Below, one piece after another: positions 60,231 to 64,000 of a stretch of DNA of 64,000 bases. Position 1 is the first letter of the stretch. The number at the start of each line of letters is the position of its first letter. Source of the stretch: Methylotenera sp. (lineage in GTDB: Bacteria > Pseudomonadota > Gammaproteobacteria > Burkholderiales > Methylophilaceae); assembly GCA_035460465.1 (NCBI GenBank), contig DATHWQ010000032.1:33427-97426 (forward strand). The letters run 5' to 3'. The translations under genes were made by a program, and so were the position numbers. Below the pieces are notes generated by a model. The model was given only the letters and a program-made list of their open reading frames with translations. It did not search any database and was not told where the DNA came from.

Positions 60231-62207
60231 ATGTCGATTGAATCAGTTTTAACCGAAACACGCGTTTTTGAACCTAGTGCAGAGTTTGTAAAATCTGCCA
60301 ATGTCTCTGGCATGCAAGCTTACCGAAAGTTATGCGCCGAAGCTGAAGCTGACTACGAAGGCTTTTGGGCGAAATTAGCACGTGAGTTATTGGTGTGGCA
60401 TAAACCATTCACTAAAACTTTAAATGAATCCAATGCACCATTCTACAAATGGTTTGAAGATGGCGAGCTCAACGTATCCGCCAACTGCCTAGACAAACAC
60501 CTGACAACCATCCCCAATAAAGTCGCCATTATCTTTGAAGGCGACGATGGCAGCACGATTAATGTTACCTACAAAGAACTTTATCATCGCGTTTGCCAAT
60601 TCGCCAATGGCTTAAAAAAACTCAATCTAGAAGTTGGCGCGCGCGTCATCATCTATTTGCCGATGGGCATCGAAGCGGTTGTTGCCATGCAAGCCTGCGC
60701 ACGTTTGGGCTTAATTCATTCCGTGGTATTTGGTGGCTTTTCTGCCAAAAGTTTAAATGAACGTATCATTGACGCCGGCGCCACCGCGGTTATTACATCT
60801 GATGGTCAATACCGCGGCGGTAAAACTTTGCCACTTAAATCTGCCGTAGATGAAGGCATCGCAATGGGTGGATGTGAAAGTATCAAACAAGTCGTGGTGC
60901 TGAAAAAGACCGGGCAAGAAGTCACTTGGAATAAAAACGATATCTGGTGGAGTGACCTGATAGCAGGCGTTGCAAATACGTGTGAACCAGTCATGGTGAA
61001 TGCAGAACATCCGCTATTCTTGCTTTACACCTCAGGCTCTACAGGCAAACCAAAAGGTGTACAACATAGTTCCGCAGGCTACTTGCTTCATGCAATGAAC
61101 ACCATGCGTTGGACATTTGATGTCAAAGATAGCGATGTGTTTTGGTGTACGGCCGACGTAGGTTGGATTACAGGTCACAGCTATGTGGCCTATGGCCCAT
61201 TAGCGATGGGCGCGACCCAAGTTGTGTTTGAAGGTATCCCAACTTATCCGGATGCTGGTCGATTTTGGCAGATGATAGAGAAACATAAAGTTTCAATTTT
61301 CTATACCGCACCTACTGCGATTCGCTCGCTGATTAAAGCGGCTGAGACTACACCAAGTACACATCCTAAAAACTACAACCTATCTAGCTTGCGTCTATTA
61401 GGTTCGGTAGGTGAGCCTATCAATCCTGAAGCTTGGATGTGGTATTTTGAGAATGTAGGCTCTGGCAGATGCCCGATTGCCGATACATTCTGGCAGACGG
61501 AAACCGGCGGCCATGTAATTACGCCGCTTCCTGGTGTTACGCCATTGGTTCCAGGCTCATGCACCCTTCCCTTCCCTGGTATTGCCATTGACGTAGTTGA
61601 TGAAACAGGCAAAAACGTACCGTGGGGGACTGGCGGATTATTGGTCATCAAAAAACCATGGCCATCCATGATTCGTACCATTTATAACGACCCTGAAAGA
61701 TATAAAACCAGTTACTACCCATTAGATTTAGGTGGGCAAATCTACCTTGCCGGCGATGGTGCCGTTCGTGATGCAAAAACAGGTAACTTCACTATCATGG
61801 GTCGTATTGACGATGTGTTGAACGTATCCGGACACCGCTTGGGTACCATGGAGATTGAATCTGCTTTAGTTTCAAATCCATTGGTAGCAGAGGCAGCTGT
61901 AGTAGGCAAACCACATGACATAAAAGGTGAGTCTGTCGTTGCTTATGTAGTACTGAAAGGCAAACGCCCGGAAGGTGAAGAAGCGAAGAAAATCGTCGCT
62001 AATCTGCGCGAATGGGTTGGTAAAGAAATTGGCCCGATCGCCAAACCAGATGAAATTCGCTTCGGTGATAACCTGCCAAAAACCCGCTCCGGCAAAATTA
62101 TGCGCAGGCTGTTACGTTCATTGGCGAAAGGTGAAGAAATCACGTCAGATATTTCAACGCTGGATAATCCAGCGATTCTGGAACAGCTGAAACAAGCCAT
62201 TATCTAA
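60231..62207 (+). CDS. acs: Acetyl-CoA synthetase
   Basis: [18 protein letters not shown] and [11 protein letters not shown] motifs. Confidence 0.97.
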   Translation: MSIESVLTETRVFEPSAEFVKSANVSGMQAYRKLCAEAEADYEGFWAKLARELLVWHKPFTKTLNESNAPFYKWFEDGELNVSANCLDKHLTTIPNKVAIIFEGDDGSTINVTYKELYHRVCQFANGLKKLNLEVGARVIIYLPMGIEAVVAMQACARLGLIHSVVFGGFSAKSLNERIIDAGATAVITSDGQYRGGKTLPLKSAVDEGIAMGGCESIKQVVVLKKTGQEVTWNKNDIWWSDLIAGVANTCEPVMVNAEHPLFLLYTSGSTGKPKGVQHSSAGYLLHAMNTMRWTFDVKDSDVFWCTADVGWITGHSYVAYGPLAMGATQVVFEGIPTYPDAGRFWQMIEKHKVSIFYTAPTAIRSLIKAAETTPSTHPKNYNLSSLRLLGSVGEPINPEAWMWYFENVGSGRCPIADTFWQTETGGHVITPLPGVTPLVPGSCTLPFPGIAIDVVDETGKNVPWGTGGLLVIKKPWPSMIRTIYNDPERYKTSYYPLDLGGQIYLAGDGAVRDAKTGNFTIMGRIDDVLNVSGHRLGTMEIESALVSNPLVAEAAVVGKPHDIKGESVVAYVVLKGKRPEGEEAKKIVANLREWVGKEIGPIAKPDEIRFGDNLPKTRSGKIMRRLLRSLAKGEEITSDISTLDNPAILEQLKQAII

Positions 62208-62230
62208 CATTCTCATCGCCTGAAAAAACT

Positions 62231-62263
62231 CATGGCAGCCCACTTCATCAGTGAGCTGCCATG
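62231..62263. terminator. Terminator between acs and hsp20
   Basis: CATGGCAGCCCACT...AGTGAGCTGCCATG stem. Confidence 0.65.
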
Positions 62264-62305
62264 TTTGGTGCTCTTGAATCTACAAGATATTAAGTCTGTA
62301 AGATA

Positions 62306-62812
62306 TTACTCAACAGTAATATTGTACCGTTTGGATGTCTCTACCTTAGGCATGGTGATCTCAAGAATCCCATTCTTCAAATTCGCAACGGTTTGTGAAG
62401 CGTCTACGGTGCCTGGTAAAGTTAAAGAGCGGGAAAATGAACAGCTTGCAATTTCATGCCTGAAATAATCACCGCTCTCATCTTTCTTCTCGCTTTTTGA
62501 CTGCCCTTTGATAGTGAGCAGGTTATCTGCAAGAGAAACGTTGATATCCTTTTTATCAATACCTGGCATTTCAGCGCGTATCAACAACTCTGAATCGCGA
62601 TTAATTACATCCAAACTAGGCAGACGCTGTCCTTCAAATTCAAACAAGCTATCTAGCACTGGAGTTTCGTCCCACCGCCATGGCAGACCATGTCCAAAAA
62701 AGCGATCAAACGCTCTTTCCACATCATGAATAGGGTCCATGACTGACCATTGAGTTTTGGCATGATCCTTATTGGTAGTCACAGGAACATTGCCTTTGTT
62801 ATCTGTGTCCAT
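62306..62812 (-). CDS. Hsp20/alpha-crystallin small heat shock protein
   Basis: AEMPGIDK, FSRSLTLP and NGILEITMPK motifs; AGGAG RBS before ATG 62812. Confidence 0.92.
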   Translation of the reverse strand: MDTDNKGNVPVTTNKDHAKTQWSVMDPIHDVERAFDRFFGHGLPWRWDETPVLDSLFEFEGQRLPSLDVINRDSELLIRAEMPGIDKKDINVSLADNLLTIKGQSKSEKKDESGDYFRHEIASCSFSRSLTLPGTVDASQTVANLKNGILEITMPKVETSKRYNITVE

Positions 62813-62893
62813 AATTGCTTCTCCTATCAAAATCAAATCAACTAAATCAACTAGTTGATCTAATTTAGACAGTTAATTCATAAAATTAATTCA

Positions 62894-63331
62894 TCAAGAT
62901 AGTGCTGTTGCCGGTCCAATTGGCTGGATGATGATCCTTAAACAATGTGGGCTTTGGCTTTCAGCTTCATTAAAGAATAATTGGCTTGTGAAATGTGCGC
63001 CACTCATACCTATCAACTCAAACTGGTGACCTACGCGTGATAGAAAACGTAAATAGGGATTGACTCTTTCGCCCTTCAATAACGCCACTTCACCCAGTCG
63101 TGGCAAAAATGTGGATATGTTCAACCAAGTCACTTTATTAGGCGCGCAACCCAATAAATCAGCACCGGCTTTATTGCACTCTCTGATCATGCCGTTTTCA
63201 TCAAGTGTCAATACAGCCAAATCATTCACGGTATCTGTGTAGTTTGTTGTCCTATCAGTGGCTGTAGCTTGCACAGCATTATCAAAATGTTGCCTAGTGG
63301 TTTCAGGCTGAGTCCTCTTTGAAAGTTCCAT
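62894..63331 (-). CDS. Stand-alone PAS domain protein
   Basis: LTLDENGMIRECNKAGADLLG PAS signature; GGAG RBS before ATG 63331. Confidence 0.7.
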   Translation of the reverse strand: MELSKRTQPETTRQHFDNAVQATATDRTTNYTDTVNDLAVLTLDENGMIRECNKAGADLLGCAPNKVTWLNISTFLPRLGEVALLKGERVNPYLRFLSRVGHQFELIGMSGAHFTSQLFFNEAESQSPHCLRIIIQPIGPATALS

Positions 63332-63458
63332 TATGACTCCTCTAAAATAAGTAATAAAATATTTGGTGCAAGCTATATTCGCGTTAATTTTTGAGAGCGC
63401 ACCACTGGGTCGACCAATATAATAGATGGGACGAGTAGCGTAAATTAGTGCAAGCACG

Positions 63459-63474
63459 TAAGGGTTAACCCTTA
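63459..63474. promoter_or_regulatory. Perfect 16-bp palindrome, probable regulator site
   Basis: TAAGGGTTAACCCTTA between the divergent PAS genes. Confidence 0.55.
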
Positions 63475-63560
63475 TATGCGTGGAGACTAATAGACATAAG
63501 GTAATCTTTTATCGTAGACTGAAAACTTCAGTGCATCGTTCTACTCAATAAGGAGACTTG

Positions 63561-64000
63561 TTGAACCTAGTCAATAAAGTGGACAAGCATCCCATCACAG
63601 GTTTGGGTTTTCAGACACTATTTGATGCCGCAATAGATGCCATGCTGCTAATTGACGATAGTGGTCATGTCACTCATGCCAATGCATCCTCAAAACAGTT
63701 ACTTGCTTACACTGAAGAGGCATTATGCGGTCTTTCAATAGACACGCTGTTGCCACTGCAATATCGTAATCATCACCGTAATTACCGAAACGCCTTTTAC
63801 AAAAAACCTAAAAAATACCCCGTAAGTGAAGGTAAAGCATTAATTGCCTTGCGTAGTGATGGCAAGAAGCTTGCCGTTGATATCAGCCTGAGCCCAATAG
63901 AAATACAAGGACAACTTTATAGCTTCCTAACCTTGTATGTTGCTGATCGCCGTCATCAAGCTGAGGAAGCATTGAGAATCAGCGAAGAGCGCTTACGCTT
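63561..64000 (+). CDS. PAS-domain sensor (FixL-like N-terminus), truncated by window edge
   Basis: AGGAG RBS and TTG start; open to the window end: FQTLFDAAIDAMLLIDDSG...LRSDGKKLAVDISLSP...AEEALRISEERLR. Confidence 0.8.
   Translation, partial: MNLVNKVDKHPITGLGFQTLFDAAIDAMLLIDDSGHVTHANASSKQLLAYTEEALCGLSIDTLLPLQYRNHHRNYRNAFYKKPKKYPVSEGKALIALRSDGKKLAVDISLSPIEIQGQLYSFLTLYVADRRHQAEEALRISEERLR

Noticed and set aside
1-64000. tRNA, rRNA, prophage, transposase or integrase genes
   Set aside because: None recognised by eye; tRNAscan-SE/Infernal would be needed to exclude small RNAs formally.

Overview
This is a ~43% GC betaproteobacterial chromosomal segment. The H4MPT-linked fhcBADC cluster, a cytochrome cL-like gene and the overall gene content point to a methylotroph of the Methylophilaceae (Methylotenera-like); that assignment is an inference. 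Most of the window is housekeeping: RND efflux pump plus AcrR, rimO, pgeF-rluD/bamD, the ndk-rlmN-pilW-rodZ-ispG-hisS-yfgM-bamB-der cluster, fhcBADC, trhO, argDFG, a two-component system, dhaL/dhaK, kefC, glnE, acs and hsp20. Three non-obvious layers stand out. (1) A 21-bp motif, TATGTnYGnTAWCRnACWGAS, occurs four times. Each copy lies exactly 21 nt upstream of a sigma70-type -10 hexamer, i.e. class II CRP/FNR geometry. The copies precede the NHEJ ligD-ku operon, asmA, a collagen-like lipoprotein/DUF3309/sorbosone dehydrogenase operon and a distant lipoprotein, suggesting a candidate stress regulon. (2) Integron gene cassettes are present with no integrase in the window: a two-cassette array with one intact 60-bp attC that abuts a dif-like/repeat-rich site, and a separate HNH nuclease gene bracketed by cassette core sites. 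(3) There are two members of an intergenic palindromic repeat family and two small genes missed by the ORF track.
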